Shown piece by piece: positions 63,445 through 64,000 of a stretch of DNA of 64,000 nucleotides (its first letter is position 1; each line of letters opens with the position of its first letter). Position numbers and translations under genes: made by a program. Source of the stretch: a virus (taxonomy: Duplodnaviria; Caudoviricetes); the IMG/VR virus record IMGVR_UViG_3300042881_004206, one strand, 5' to 3'. The notes below the pieces were generated by a model, which was given only the letters and a program-made list of their open reading frames with translations, made no database searches and had not been told where the DNA came from.

Positions 63445-63705
63445 ATGCCACCTATACTTTTTTCATCTTTACTCAATACTACCATTGCAGGTTCAACTGG
63501 TGCCACAGGACCAACAGGACCAACAGGACCAACAGGACCAGCTGGCGGAGCAACTGGTCCAGGATTCTTATATGAAAATGAATTGTCGATTAACTATAAT
63601 TACACAATAACTTCAGGTAAATCAGCCATGAGCGTAGGACCAATAAATATTGCAAATGGTGTATCAGTAACAGTTCCTTCAGGATCAAAATGGGTGGTCT
63701 TATAA
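63445..63705 (+). CDS. short collagen-containing fibre accessory protein
   Basis: GPT repeats then YENELSINYNYTITSGKSAMSVGPI...TVPSGSKWVVL. Confidence 0.7.
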   Translation: MPPILFSSLLNTTIAGSTGATGPTGPTGPTGPAGGATGPGFLYENELSINYNYTITSGKSAMSVGPINIANGVSVTVPSGSKWVVL

Positions 63706-64000
63706 ATGGCAAGCATTAACGCAAGCATATCAAGTACAGCATTAATTACTACAGGTGACGCCACCGGAAACCTTGAGTTACAGGGTAATGGCACAACAGG
63801 ACTAACTGTAAACAACAGTGGAAAAGTCGTTATAGCAAATACAGCATTGAGTACTGCCAGTGCAGGTACACTGGAATATGATGGTGGAGAATTGTATTTC
63901 ACTCCACTGGGTACACAGCGTGGTTTGGTGCCAGGCATGCAGTATTACAGATTAAACGGTAGTTTAGCGGGATCCAATGTAAACACTGCTCAAAGTGTTT
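63706..64000 (+). CDS. fibre/structural protein, truncated by window end; absent from ORF track
   Basis: ATG directly after previous TAA; MASINASISSTALITTGDATGNLELQGNG...; frame open to base 64000. Confidence 0.65.
   Translation, partial: MASINASISSTALITTGDATGNLELQGNGTTGLTVNNSGKVVIANTALSTASAGTLEYDGGELYFTPLGTQRGLVPGMQYYRLNGSLAGSNVNTAQSV

Overview
A 64-kb segment of a T4-like (Tevenvirinae/Kyanoviridae-style) myophage genome, standard genetic code, AT-rich. 1-15 kb: early/middle accessory region of small ORFs behind sigma70-type promoters (AAA ATPases, DUF4338/Mom-like GNAT, class II aldolase, DenV-like glycosylase, PhoH, exonuclease). 15-19 kb: a circularly permuted (two-piece) tmRNA gene with tag ANDEKFALAA, SleB-like hydrolase, gp33, gp59, HAD nucleotidase and gp32. 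19-24 kb (minus strand): tape-measure-position genes including a virion lysozyme, gp51, gp26, a tube-family protein, gp2 and gp4. 24-45.6 kb: baseplate module (gp48, gp53, hub, split gp5, gp25, gp6, gp7, gp8, split DUF4815/VrlC-like protein). 45.6-64 kb: fibre region with collagen-like fibres, a 2332-aa modular fibre and an embedded 2OG-Fe(II) oxygenase plus GT4 glycosyltransferase pair. Best leads: the permuted tmRNA, a candidate -1 frameshift fusing gp26 to gp51 (lambda G/G-T-like), and a candidate fibre hydroxylation/glycosylation cassette. All family assignments come from motif recognition by eye; no database searches were run.
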